Shown: positions 20,993 through 30,480 of the stretch, one piece after another | Layout of the letters: each line of letters starts with the position of its first letter | How positions within the stretch are numbered: the first letter of the stretch is position 1 | DNA from: Nannocystales bacterium | GTDB lineage: Bacteria; Myxococcota_A; Polyangia; Nannocystales; Nannocystaceae | NCBI GenBank assembly: GCA_050633305.1 | Contig: JBOEGF010000022.1 | Span: 1-64,000, forward strand | Direction of reading: 5' to 3' | DNA: 64,000 bases | Translations under genes and position numbers: made by a program | The notes under the pieces: generated by a model | Told to the model about the DNA's origin: nothing | What the model saw: the letters and a program-made list of their open reading frames with translations, nothing else | Databases searched by the model: none

Positions 20993-22516
20993 ATGGAACG
21001 GTCCGAGCGCAGAACATACGCGGTGCCTTGGTGGGGACGACTTTGGGTTCGGGTCGTCGCTGCGCTCGCGCTGTTGGGGACGCTGTGTGTGGGGGCGTCG
21101 GCGTACTTGGTCAACCTCGCCGTCGACTACTTCGATGCGCGTGTCGGGGACACGCTTGCGCAAGCCCAAGCTGTGACCCGAGAGGTGGAACCGTTCCACC
21201 ATGAGCTTGTCGACAGCCAGATCTCGGCTTGGCAGGCCCGGACCGCGTTGATGGCCGCCCGGTTTTCGAGCCGCTCGGGTGCCCCGCAGGAACGCCTCGA
21301 CGACTTGTTCGATGGGGAGAAGGACCTCGTTCAGCTCCGGGTCGAACTCGCCGACGGGACGACGGTCGCACGGGACCGCGAGCGCGAATTCCCGGCGACA
21401 AAATTCGATTGGTTCGATGTCACGGAGCCTCTCGAAACGGAGGCGGGTCGACGCGCTGGGCAGCTTCAGGCCGTGTTCCGCATCGATCCCGCGATCGATG
21501 AGCGATACCAGCGCCTGGGGGAGATCAAGCGCGGGCTGGTGGTCGAGCAAGAGGCCCAGGTCGCGGTCGAGGACGCCGTGGAGCGGGTCCTCGGCATCGC
21601 CAGTGGGCTGGTACTGTTGCTATCCATGTTCGCCGGGTTTGGCGTCGCGCGTGCGACCACCCGCAAGGCGACCGAACTCAGCCGGGTCATGACGGCGGTC
21701 GCCGACGGTGATCTGGCGGTCCGTTCGGCAGCCAAGGGCGCGGACGAGTTGGGCCAGCTCTCTGCGGCGTTCAACGACATGCTCGATCAACTGCAACGCG
21801 CACAAGCGCGTGTCGGGTACTTGCAACGCATCGGAGCATGGCAAGAGATGGCCCGCCGCATCGCGCACGAGATCAAGAACCCGCTGACGCCGATCTTGCT
21901 CGCGGTTCAGCAGCTTCGAGACAAGGACCCCGGCTTGAGCCCGTCGTTCTCCAAGCTGCTCACCACGTCGACCGAGATCGTCGAGGACGAGGTTGAGGCG
22001 CTTCGCCGCATGGTCACCTCGTTCTCTCAGTTTGCGAAGGTGCCGCAGGTGCGCGCCGAACCGGTAGGACTCGGCCGGGTGCTGGACGAGTTCGAGCGGG
22101 CGTATGGCCACCTGACCGACGAGGCTCAGGACGTCCTCGAGGTCGCGAAGCCCACCCCCGATCCGGAGCTCGTCGCAGACCGCCAACTCATCAAGCAGGT
22201 GCTCGTGAACCTGGTCGAGAATGCCGTGCTCTCGGCCCGCGAGGCGGGACGGAGCCCGGTGCGGGTGGAGGTCTCCGCGCTCGTCGATGTCGATGCGGTC
22301 GAACTGCGCGTCGACGACAACGGGCCGGGAATCGCAGCGGAGCGTCGCGAGCGGGTGTTCGAGCCTTACGAGACGACGCGTGAGCAGGGGACCGGGTTGG
22401 GGCTGGCGATCGTCAAGAAGGTCGCGCTCGATCACCGGGGCGATGTCTGGGTCGACGCGTCGCACCTGGGCGGCGCACGCTTCTGCCTCCGGCTACCCCG
22501 CGCTCCGTCGGGCTGA
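20993..22516 (+). CDS. HAMP-domain sensor histidine kinase (NtrY-like)
   Basis: Two TMs; HAMP DELGQLSAAFNDM; AWQEMARRIAHEIKNPLTPI; NLVENA; DDNGPGI; GTGLGLAIVKK. Confidence 0.95.
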   Translation: MERSERRTYAVPWWGRLWVRVVAALALLGTLCVGASAYLVNLAVDYFDARVGDTLAQAQAVTREVEPFHHELVDSQISAWQARTALMAARFSSRSGAPQERLDDLFDGEKDLVQLRVELADGTTVARDREREFPATKFDWFDVTEPLETEAGRRAGQLQAVFRIDPAIDERYQRLGEIKRGLVVEQEAQVAVEDAVERVLGIASGLVLLLSMFAGFGVARATTRKATELSRVMTAVADGDLAVRSAAKGADELGQLSAAFNDMLDQLQRAQARVGYLQRIGAWQEMARRIAHEIKNPLTPILLAVQQLRDKDPGLSPSFSKLLTTSTEIVEDEVEALRRMVTSFSQFAKVPQVRAEPVGLGRVLDEFERAYGHLTDEAQDVLEVAKPTPDPELVADRQLIKQVLVNLVENAVLSAREAGRSPVRVEVSALVDVDAVELRVDDNGPGIAAERRERVFEPYETTREQGTGLGLAIVKKVALDHRGDVWVDASHLGGARFCLRLPRAPSG

Positions 22517-22532
22517 TACGGTTCTTCTCGCC

Positions 22533-23387
22533 GTGCAGACTCCCGAGGAAACAACCGTAGAGGTACCCGGTTTCGAGCTCGCCGCTCGCGTATGGGGTCC
22601 GCCGGACGGGCGTCGCGTGTTGGCCTTGCACGGGTGGCTCGACAACGCGGCGAGCTTTGATGCACTCGCGCCGAGGCTGCCAGGCTGCCGCATCGTCGCG
22701 CTCGACATGCCTGGGCATGGGCATTCGACTCACGCGGCACCCGGGGCGGTCTACCCATTCGTCGACTTCGTCGCGGCGGCTCACGGCGCGCTGGATGCTC
22801 TGGGTTGGGAGACGTGCACGCTGATGGGCCACTCGCTGGGCGCATCGGTCTGCGCGACGCTGGCCGGCACGACGCCGCAGCGTGTCGAGCGGCTGGTTCT
22901 ACTTGAGGGGGTCGGACCGTTGACCACCACCGCAGCGGACGCGCCCGAGCGACTTGCGGGGGCGTTGCGGGAGCAGGCCCGCAAGCAAGCTCGGCCGCTG
23001 ACGAGCTATCCCGGTGTTGCGCACGTCGCCAAGGCGCTCGCGTTGTCGCCCTCGAAGCTGACCCCAGAGTCGATTCAGACTCTCCTCGGCCGAGGTCTGA
23101 AGCCGACGGAGGGCGGCGTGCAGTGGCGGAGCGACCGCCGGTTGCGGTACGGCTCGCGGACCCGGTTTACGGAGGAGCAGGTCCTGGCGTTCTTGGGGCG
23201 GATCGGCTGTCCGGCGCTGCTCATCTTCGCGAAGGACGGCCTTCGTATGCCGGAGGCCGTCATGAACGCCCGCATCGCCGCGATTGCGGACCTGGAGCTG
23301 GTCGAAGTTGCGGGGCACCATCATGTGCACCTCGATGCCCCACAGACCGTCTCGCCCGCGGTGGCAGCGTTTTTGGAGCGCGGGTGA
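22533..23387 (+). CDS. Alpha/beta hydrolase (SERHL-like)
   Basis: LALHGWLDNAASF; DMPGHGHS; GHSLG nucleophile elbow; GHHHVHLD. Start placed at GTG 22533. Confidence 0.9.
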   Translation: MQTPEETTVEVPGFELAARVWGPPDGRRVLALHGWLDNAASFDALAPRLPGCRIVALDMPGHGHSTHAAPGAVYPFVDFVAAAHGALDALGWETCTLMGHSLGASVCATLAGTTPQRVERLVLLEGVGPLTTTAADAPERLAGALREQARKQARPLTSYPGVAHVAKALALSPSKLTPESIQTLLGRGLKPTEGGVQWRSDRRLRYGSRTRFTEEQVLAFLGRIGCPALLIFAKDGLRMPEAVMNARIAAIADLELVEVAGHHHVHLDAPQTVSPAVAAFLERG

Positions 23388-23908
23388 GCGGGCCGGCCTA
23401 TTGCCCTTTTTACTGCGAGGAGAACATCTGGCATCTCGCGGCCGATCCGCGGCTCGGCGAAGGCCGACGCCGAGTCCTGCTGATCTCCAACCGAAGTCAG
23501 CGAGTTGCCTTGTGGGGACAGCGTTCGGGATTGGAGGACTCGGATGGACTCGTCGTGTGGGACTACCACGTGGTCCTGACCTGCGGCGCGGGGGAAGACG
23601 CGGTGGTCTGGGACCTCGACACCACGCTCGGGACTCCGGTGCCGCTGGCGGTCTACCTGCCGCGGACATTTCGCGGCGCGCCCGAGCCGTTTCTCCCGAT
23701 GTTTCGGGTCTTCGGGGCGGATGCGTATCGGGACGGGTTTGGGTCGGACCGTCGGCATATGCTCGATGGGGACGGCGCGTTCCTTCAGGCTCCACCTGTG
23801 TGGCCACCGATCGGTTCGACACATACGCTCCAGGCGTGGCTCGACTTCGAACGCGACGAACCCGGGCAGCTCGTCGACCTCCCCGGGTTGGTGGCGCTGC
23901 TGGGCTGA
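23384..23908 (+). CDS. Protein N-terminal glutamine amidohydrolase (NTAQ1/WDYHV family)
   Basis: YCPFYCEENIWHL, VVWDYHVV, VWDLDTTL (Cys-His-Asp triad), FGSDRRHM, PPVWPPI. GTGA coupled to the hydrolase. Confidence 0.88.
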   Translation: MSGPAYCPFYCEENIWHLAADPRLGEGRRRVLLISNRSQRVALWGQRSGLEDSDGLVVWDYHVVLTCGAGEDAVVWDLDTTLGTPVPLAVYLPRTFRGAPEPFLPMFRVFGADAYRDGFGSDRRHMLDGDGAFLQAPPVWPPIGSTHTLQAWLDFERDEPGQLVDLPGLVALLG

Positions 23909-23986
23909 GTCCCGCTCCGCGGCCTGCAGAAACGAAGACGCCCAGGGGGTCTTCGACCGCCCCGGACGCCAGCGAGTGTTCATGCG

Positions 23987-26900
23987 CTACTCAGGCAGAC
24001 ACTGGCCGAGCAGCGGGCCGACGCAGGCATTGGCCTGTGAAAACGTCGTGGACCCGAACGAGCCGCTGGGGAACGTTGCGTCCACAATCGTGACACTGGC
24101 GATCTCCACGGAGTCGCTGGCGCGGGTGACCGTGATGTCGCTCTGCGTCGCGGTGTACTCGATCGCCACATCGTAGGCTTCGCCTTCGACCCAGCCCTGC
24201 GTGGTTGTTGCGGCGGGCAGGGCGAGAACCGTGGACTGCGTTGTCGCCGCAGGGCAGTACAGGTCGGCGGTCGTGAGGTCCGCGACGCTGTCCGCTTCGA
24301 TGCGCTTGACCAGGATTCCGCTCGGTGCGGTGCACGGACCGATCCCTTGCGCCCCCTCTTTCCACACCAGCGAGTAGAAGTTGGAGGCGTCTTGCGCACC
24401 CCAGACGAGTCCTATCCAGTCGTCGTCGCCGGCGTCGTCTTCGATCTCGATCGTGCCCGTCAGCAGTGTGTTCTCGAAGACGACCTCCTCGCATAGATGG
24501 AGGCCGATGCCGCTGTTGGCGTTCTCGCAGGCTCGAGTACTACTGTCCTGATAGGACACCGTCGCGGTGCCGGTCCCGGCGATGTCGGTGTACAGCGTGC
24601 AGTTGTCCTCCAGGTTGAACGGGTTGCTGTTGAGCACGACCACGGTGTCCTGTGCGGTTGTGACGCCGTCATCAACGGTCACCGTATACGACTGGAACCC
24701 CGTGGGGTTGGCCGTCGTATCGGCCATGTCGGGCGTTCCGAGCGTGCCGTCGTTCGGGGTCCAACTGTACGTGTAGGGTCCGCCTGTCCCGCCCGCGGCG
24801 ATCGCCGAGAGGTCGACCGGGCCGCCGCTGGAGTCGTTGCAGGCGGGCGCAGCACTCACCGAGAGCAGCGCGTTGCAGGTCCCTCCGTCACAGCCTGCCG
24901 AGAGACAGTCGTCGCCGTCCATGCACATCTCACCCGGATCACATCCGTTGCAGATGTCGCCGCCGCAGTCGACATCGGTCTCGTCCCCATTGAGGACCCC
25001 GTCGTCACAGGCGGGTGCCTCGCAGATGTTCGCGTCGCAGACTCCGCTGAGACAGTCGGTCTCGTCGTCGCAGCCTTCGCCGGCGGGACACATGTCGCAG
25101 GTGTCGCCACCACAGTCAGTGCCCGTCTCGTCGCCGTTTTGTTCACCATCGTCGCAGGCGGGGACTTGGCAGGTGTTGCCTTGGCACACGCCGCTCTCGC
25201 AGTCGCTGCCGAGGCCGCAACCTTCGCCGTCGTCGCAGGGTTGGCAGTCTCCCCCGCAGTCGATGTCGGTTTCCGTGCCGTTGTGCAGGCCGTCAGAGCA
25301 AGACGCTGCTTGGCACTCCTCGTGGAGGCAGACCATCGAGACGCAGTCGTTGGTCAGTACGCAGTCATCGCCATCGTCGCAGGCGTCGCACGTGTCCCCG
25401 CCGCAGTCGACGTCGGATTCGGTGCCATTGCGGACGTCGTCGTCGCAGCTGGGGGCCGCACAGGTGCCGCCCATCTCGATACAGATCTCCGACGCGCAGT
25501 CCTCACCGCCTCCGCAGGTCTCGCCCGTGTCGCACGGGCCGCACGCATCCCCGCCGCAGTCGATGTCGGTCTCGGTTCCGCCTTGGACACCATCGGAACA
25601 GCTCGGGTCCTCGCAGACCCCCAGCGGGTTGCAGGCGGCCGAAGTGCAGTCGTCGGCGCCGTGGCATGCCTCGCCGTTCTCGCAGGCGTCGCAGTTGGGT
25701 CCACCGCAGTCGATGTCGGACTCTCCCTGGTTGAGGACGCCGTCGTCGCAGGCCGCGGGCGTGCAGGTGTTGCCGGGGTCGCTACAGATCTGGGACAGAC
25801 AGTCGCTGGCTCCGAGGCAGTCATCGCCATCGTCGCAAGGCGCACAGTCTCCACCGCAGTCGACGTCGGTCTCGTTGCCGTCGAGGGTGTCGTTGGTACA
25901 ACTGGGCTCGACGCACTGGCCGTCATCACATTGCGCGCTGAGGCAGTCGTCGCCCCCGCTACAGAACCCCGGTTCATCGCAGGCGTCGCAGTCGGGGCCT
26001 CCGCAGTCGACGTCGGTCTCGTCGCCGTTGGGGGCGCCATCGGTGCAGGTTGGGGCAGAGCAGGTCCCCCCGTCGCAGACCAACTCTGCGCAGTCGAGGA
26101 AGTCAGTGCAGCCTTCGCCGGGTTCGCAGGTGGAGCCGCACGATGCGCCGCAGTCAACGTCGGTCTCATCGCCGTTTTGAACGCCATCGTCGCAGGCCGG
26201 TGGTGCGCACGTGCCATCGTCGCTGCAGACGCCAGAGCTGCAGTCGGAGCCCACGTTGCAGGTCTCCCCGCTGGTGCATGGATCGCACCTGGAGCCGCCA
26301 CAATCGATGTCGGTCTCGCTCCCGTTGTGCTCCCCGTCGGTGCACGACGCGTCTGTACAGATCCTGTCCTCGCAGAGCCGGGATTCACAGTCGGAACCCT
26401 CGGTACAGCTCTCGCCGATGGTGCAGGGCGCACAATCAGGGCCGCCGCAGTCGACGTCGGTCTCGTCTCCGTTTTGCATGCGGTCGTTGCATGCGCTGTT
26501 CGGCGGACCGCATTCGCCGTCTTCGAGGCAGGTCCCCGAGCGGCAATCCTCACCGTCCGAGCAACCTTCGCCTTCGCCGCACCGGTCGGGGCATGAACCG
26601 CCGCAGTCGACGTCGCTTTCGTTGCCGTTTTGAACCCCGTCCTCGCAGTTCGGAGGCTCGCAAACGCCGTCATCCGAGCACCATTCGGAGAGACAGTCGT
26701 CATCGTTTCCGCAGGCCTCTCCATCTCCGCAGCGGTCCGGGCATACGCCACCGCAGTCGATGTCGCTCTCGCCCTCGTCGAGTGCGTTGTTGTTGCAGCT
26801 CTCGCCGTCGGATTCGGTGGTCGTGGGGTCGGTGGTGGACTCGGTGTCCGAGTCACTGCCCGACGCCACGGGGCAGTTCGCGGGGTCGTCTTGGAGCAAT

Positions 26901-26989
26901 CCGTCGTCGAGGCAGGGGTCAGGGCAGCCGCTCGTGCTCATCAAGAGCAGGCCGCCGCCGATGGCGAGCAAGTGTCGTCGAAAAGTCAT
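23987..26989 (-). CDS. Surface lipoprotein with 13 Cys/Asp-rich repeats, an Ig/PKD-like domain and a thrombospondin C-terminal-like domain
   Basis: Signal peptide ending STSGC; 13x C-x-D-G-x2-N-G-x-E-[TS]-D-[VI]-D-C-G-G units; GGTGGPYTYSW..YTVTVDDG; DDDWIGLVWGAQDASNFYSLVWK (TSP_C-like). Confidence 0.85.
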   Translation of the reverse strand: MTFRRHLLAIGGGLLLMSTSGCPDPCLDDGLLQDDPANCPVASGSDSDTESTTDPTTTESDGESCNNNALDEGESDIDCGGVCPDRCGDGEACGNDDDCLSEWCSDDGVCEPPNCEDGVQNGNESDVDCGGSCPDRCGEGEGCSDGEDCRSGTCLEDGECGPPNSACNDRMQNGDETDVDCGGPDCAPCTIGESCTEGSDCESRLCEDRICTDASCTDGEHNGSETDIDCGGSRCDPCTSGETCNVGSDCSSGVCSDDGTCAPPACDDGVQNGDETDVDCGASCGSTCEPGEGCTDFLDCAELVCDGGTCSAPTCTDGAPNGDETDVDCGGPDCDACDEPGFCSGGDDCLSAQCDDGQCVEPSCTNDTLDGNETDVDCGGDCAPCDDGDDCLGASDCLSQICSDPGNTCTPAACDDGVLNQGESDIDCGGPNCDACENGEACHGADDCTSAACNPLGVCEDPSCSDGVQGGTETDIDCGGDACGPCDTGETCGGGEDCASEICIEMGGTCAAPSCDDDVRNGTESDVDCGGDTCDACDDGDDCVLTNDCVSMVCLHEECQAASCSDGLHNGTETDIDCGGDCQPCDDGEGCGLGSDCESGVCQGNTCQVPACDDGEQNGDETGTDCGGDTCDMCPAGEGCDDETDCLSGVCDANICEAPACDDGVLNGDETDVDCGGDICNGCDPGEMCMDGDDCLSAGCDGGTCNALLSVSAAPACNDSSGGPVDLSAIAAGGTGGPYTYSWTPNDGTLGTPDMADTTANPTGFQSYTVTVDDGVTTAQDTVVVLNSNPFNLEDNCTLYTDIAGTGTATVSYQDSSTRACENANSGIGLHLCEEVVFENTLLTGTIEIEDDAGDDDWIGLVWGAQDASNFYSLVWKEGAQGIGPCTAPSGILVKRIEADSVADLTTADLYCPAATTQSTVLALPAATTTQGWVEGEAYDVAIEYTATQSDITVTRASDSVEIASVTIVDATFPSGSFGSTTFSQANACVGPLLGQCLPE
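24870..26800 (-). repeat. 13 tandem coding repeats of ~49 aa (8 Cys each)
   Basis: Counted directly in the translation, from CNNNALDEGESDIDCGG to CDDGVLNGDETDVDCGG. Confidence 0.85.
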
Positions 26990-27109
26990 GGTGCGCTCCA
27001 AGTGCGACGCCGAACGTCGCGGAAGCACAGTATCACCGCTCCGTCCGTCCCCGAATCGCGGTGGCGCGCCAGTCCTGTTGCGGAAGCGCCCGCGTCGAGC
27101 ACTTCTCAC

Positions 27110-27865
27110 TCAGTCCACGAAGGGGCTCTTCACGAACGGCCGCTTGGGCTTGTGGATCCCGAGCTCGGCGTAGCTCTGGCGGAGATACACGGCGGCCAGT
27201 GCCGCGGCTTCTCCCCGCGTCGACCAGCGACACCGCGTCGCGTGCCACAGCCCGCGGCTCTCCGGTCCAGCGCGGTGCTCGGTCATGACCACGGCAGGGT
27301 GCGCGCTCAAATGGTCTGCGTAGGGCTCGACTCCGGGCCCGACCGCAGCGACAGGGCCTTCGAGCCCATCGAGTACGGTCTCCAGCGGGCCACACGTATC
27401 GGGGCGCAGTTCGAGGACACCGTCGTTGTCCACCCTATACAGCCCGGCGTAGACCTCCGAGCGTCGCGCGTCGAGCAGCGCGAGCCGAAGCGCGGGGGCA
27501 TCTTCGCCCAGGGGGGTCGCAGCGACGGCGGCCAACGTCGAGACTCCGATTGCAGGCACACCGAGGCCGAGCGCGATGCCTTTGGCGGTGGCGATGGCAA
27601 CACGGACTCCAGTGAACATCCCGGGCCCGACGCCGCACGCGACGGCGTCGAGATCAGAAGGGCTGACCCCTGCGCCGGAGACGAGCGCGTGCAGGCGCTC
27701 TTCGAGCGCGCTCGAGGCCTGCCGACCACGTGCAGACGCGTCTTCACCTGCGAGGAACTCGTGGGTCGCATCCCCCGGTTTCGTGCCTTCGGACAGGCGT
27801 CCGAGGGCGAGGGCGAGGCGGGGCGTGGAAGCGTCGAGAGTGAGGACGAGCCGCGAGTCGGTCAC
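27110..27865 (-). CDS. tsaB: tRNA threonylcarbamoyladenosine biosynthesis protein TsaB
   Basis: LTLDAST; DLDAVACGVGPGMFTGVRVAIATAKG; IGVSTLAA; LDARRSEVY; YLRQSYAE. Confidence 0.93.
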   Translation of the reverse strand: MTDSRLVLTLDASTPRLALALGRLSEGTKPGDATHEFLAGEDASARGRQASSALEERLHALVSGAGVSPSDLDAVACGVGPGMFTGVRVAIATAKGIALGLGVPAIGVSTLAAVAATPLGEDAPALRLALLDARRSEVYAGLYRVDNDGVLELRPDTCGPLETVLDGLEGPVAAVGPGVEPYADHLSAHPAVVMTEHRAGPESRGLWHATRCRWSTRGEAAALAAVYLRQSYAELGIHKPKRPFVKSPFVD

Positions 27866-29493
27866 AGGATGTAGCGCAGGATGTCGTTGCGGGTCGCGAC
27901 CAACAACAGAATGAGAATGAACACCAGGCCCGCCGCACTCGCGATTTCACGTGCACGCTGGCTCAGGGGACGGCGCCGGACGGCCTCGATCGTGAAGAAC
28001 AGGATGTGTCCGCCGTCGAGGATCGGAATCGGGAGCAGGTTGATGATGAACAGGTTGATGCTCACCATCGCGATCAAAAACAGGAACTGCCCCGGTCCCT
28101 GCTCGTAGGCTCGCCCCGCAACGGCATACATGCCCACGACGCTCGAGAGCTGGTCGACACCCATCTCGAATGTCAGCATGCGGACCAAACCGCTCCAGAT
28201 CGCGGAGGTGACCTGCACGGTCTCGTCGACCGCGGCCGACATCGCGTAGGTGAACCTTCCGCGGAGCGGTTCGGGCGGCGCCTGGGCGCTCTTCCCGAAC
28301 TGATTCGCGCCCAGCCATGGCGACTCGTGCTCGTACTCGTAGATGTCGGTCCACGTCCGAGTTCCGAGTTTGAGCATGACGACTCGCGGGGTGCCCCCGG
28401 GGGACTGAACCTCGAACGGCACGGCCTCGTCGCGCCGGGTGCTGAAGATGTCGTCGATCTGGACCCACTGCTCGAGTCGCTGCCCTGCGACCGAGAGGAT
28501 TCGGTCTCCTGCCTTCAGGCCCGCTTCGTCGGCGGGCGAGCCCACGTCGACGGTTCGAATGAAGGTCCGAGCTGGGAGGATTCCGGTCGGGGACTTGCCG
28601 CCGCCTTTTCGGGGCAGGAGCTGAGCGTGGTGGGACTCGTACCAAAGGTACGTGCCGCCCGGTCCCGGATGTCCTTGCGCGCGGAGGTAGGTGAGCCGAA
28701 CGACGGCGTCTCCGGTGACCGCGAGCATGCGTTCGAGCTCTTCGATCGTTCGCACCGGCTCGCCGTTGAGCGAGGTGATCACATCGCCGGTGCGCAGGCC
28801 CTCGAGGAACGCCGGCGAGTGCGGATCGATGACACCGATCTCGGGGGCATAGAACAGGCTGATGACGCCGAGTCGTCCGCGGGCTTCGGCGACCTTGAGC
28901 GCGTTGCGGCGGACCACCTTCTTGGGGGTGATCACCCGGTCCAGTCGCTTGCCGTCGCGTTCGATCTGGACCTGCAGCTCCTGCTCGGGGGCCTTGGAGA
29001 CCCGGTTCGCCATCTCCGACCACGAACGTACGTCGCGCTCGTCGATCGCGACGATACGGTCGCCTTGTTGCAGGCCTGCCTCGTCTGCGGCCGTGCCAGG
29101 CAAGACCGTGCCGACGATCGGCGGGGTCACCATCGTGATGTTGATGACGAAGTAGAAGAAGTAGACGACCAGCGGCAGGAGCAAGTTGGCGGCTGGGCCC
29201 GCGAAGTACACGAAGTACCGCGCCCACAACGGCCGGTTCTGAAGCGAGCGCTCAGCGTCGGGTCCCCCCGCGTCGCTCGGGTGCTGGCCAAGGAGCTGGA
29301 CGTAGCCTCCCAGGGGGATCGGCGCCAAGCAGTACTCCGTCTCACCGATCCGTTTCGAGATGAGCGCGGGGCCGAACCCGATGGAGAACCGCACGGCTTT
29401 GACGTCCACCAGCTTGGCGGCGATGAGATGGCCCAGCTCATGAAAGAAGATGAGCGGACCTATCAACAGCAGAAACGCGAGGACGTTCTCCAC
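27862..29493 (-). CDS. rseP: RIP metalloprotease RseP (M50) with three PDZ domains
   Basis: FFHELGH; FSIGFGP; PLGGYV; AGPAANL; PDZ repeats; NLLPIPILDGGH. Start is GTG 29493 or ATG 29508. Confidence 0.93.
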   Translation of the reverse strand: MENVLAFLLLIGPLIFFHELGHLIAAKLVDVKAVRFSIGFGPALISKRIGETEYCLAPIPLGGYVQLLGQHPSDAGGPDAERSLQNRPLWARYFVYFAGPAANLLLPLVVYFFYFVINITMVTPPIVGTVLPGTAADEAGLQQGDRIVAIDERDVRSWSEMANRVSKAPEQELQVQIERDGKRLDRVITPKKVVRRNALKVAEARGRLGVISLFYAPEIGVIDPHSPAFLEGLRTGDVITSLNGEPVRTIEELERMLAVTGDAVVRLTYLRAQGHPGPGGTYLWYESHHAQLLPRKGGGKSPTGILPARTFIRTVDVGSPADEAGLKAGDRILSVAGQRLEQWVQIDDIFSTRRDEAVPFEVQSPGGTPRVVMLKLGTRTWTDIYEYEHESPWLGANQFGKSAQAPPEPLRGRFTYAMSAAVDETVQVTSAIWSGLVRMLTFEMGVDQLSSVVGMYAVAGRAYEQGPGQFLFLIAMVSINLFIINLLPIPILDGGHILFFTIEAVRRRPLSQRAREIASAAGLVFILILLLVATRNDILRYIL

Positions 29494-29600
29494 GAGCCGG
29501 CACAGCATAGAACACCCTGAGGCGAGGCGGGGCGTGCTCCGCGCGGCCCAGAACGGTGGTTGGCTGCGTCTGCGTGCCCAGGTACGATCGCGCTCCCCCC

Positions 29601-30284
29601 GTGGCAACCAAGGTCAAGCGCGAGGCTCCCTCCTCCGATCTCCGAGCCGCTCTCGACGAGCTCGAGGTCGGCATCGAGTCGGTTCGGCTCGCCTACGAGA
29701 AGTACTTCGGCGGCATCGAGCGGGTCCCGCCCGCGAAGCAGCGCGCGACGTTGGAGAAGGCGATGCGCAACGTCGAGACACGCGGAGTGACCAACACCGT
29801 CATCCGTTTCCGGCTCAACGGGCTCAAGGCGCGCTTCATCACCTACAAGCACTACTGGACCCGGATGGAGAACCAGCTCGAGCGCGGGATGTCGCGCCGA
29901 GATCTTCTCCGACGACGTCGGATGCAGGCCTCCGCACCTCCGCCTCCGGAGCCGGAAGCTCCGCCGGCCGTCGCCGCGGAGGCTGAGGCCGCCGCGCGCA
30001 AGGGTCCGCCGCCGCCGCCGGGCAAGAGAAATGGCCGCGTACCGCCGGCCGACCCGGCGAAATCGGGCATTGATCCGTCGCACTTACGGTCGGTTTTCAA
30101 ACAATTGGTGCTGGCGAAGCGCGCAGCCGGCGAAAGCACAAAAGGACTGACGTATCAGGCCTTGGTTCGAAAGCTCACCGCCGAGGCGCCGAAGCTCAAA
30201 CGCAAGCACGGCTGCGAGAAACTGCAGTTTTCGGTCTCTACGCGCGGCGGCAAGGTCCGCCTGCGCTCTGAGCCGGACGGTTAA
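29601..30284 (+). CDS. MXAN_5187 C-terminal-domain-like myxobacterial protein
   Basis: LAYEKYFGGIERVPP...NTVIRFRLNGL..RFITYKHYWTR; C-terminal LVLAKRAAGE...LQFSVSTRGGKVRLR. Confidence 0.75.
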   Translation: MATKVKREAPSSDLRAALDELEVGIESVRLAYEKYFGGIERVPPAKQRATLEKAMRNVETRGVTNTVIRFRLNGLKARFITYKHYWTRMENQLERGMSRRDLLRRRRMQASAPPPPEPEAPPAVAAEAEAAARKGPPPPPGKRNGRVPPADPAKSGIDPSHLRSVFKQLVLAKRAAGESTKGLTYQALVRKLTAEAPKLKRKHGCEKLQFSVSTRGGKVRLRSEPDG

Positions 30285-30480
30285 CTGTCGCCGGCCGGGG
30301 TGGTGCACAACGACGCACCTACCGCCCGCGTGCGCGAGGGCTCTTGCCCCACCGCCCCTCGATGCCTCATAGTTTGGTCGCTCGGCGCAACTTGCGCTCA
30401 ACTCTCGTCGGAACTGGGCTGAATGCCCGCGCAAAGCGCTCCGTCTGAGCGAGCGACTCTTGGACCGAGTCCGTCACGCC

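Noticed and set aside
24870..26800. Regularly spaced CCGCAGTCGA(C/T)GTCGG repeats that look like a CRISPR array
   Set aside because: They are the in-frame DxDCG codons of protein repeats, degenerate at third positions, with a ~150-bp period and no cas genes.
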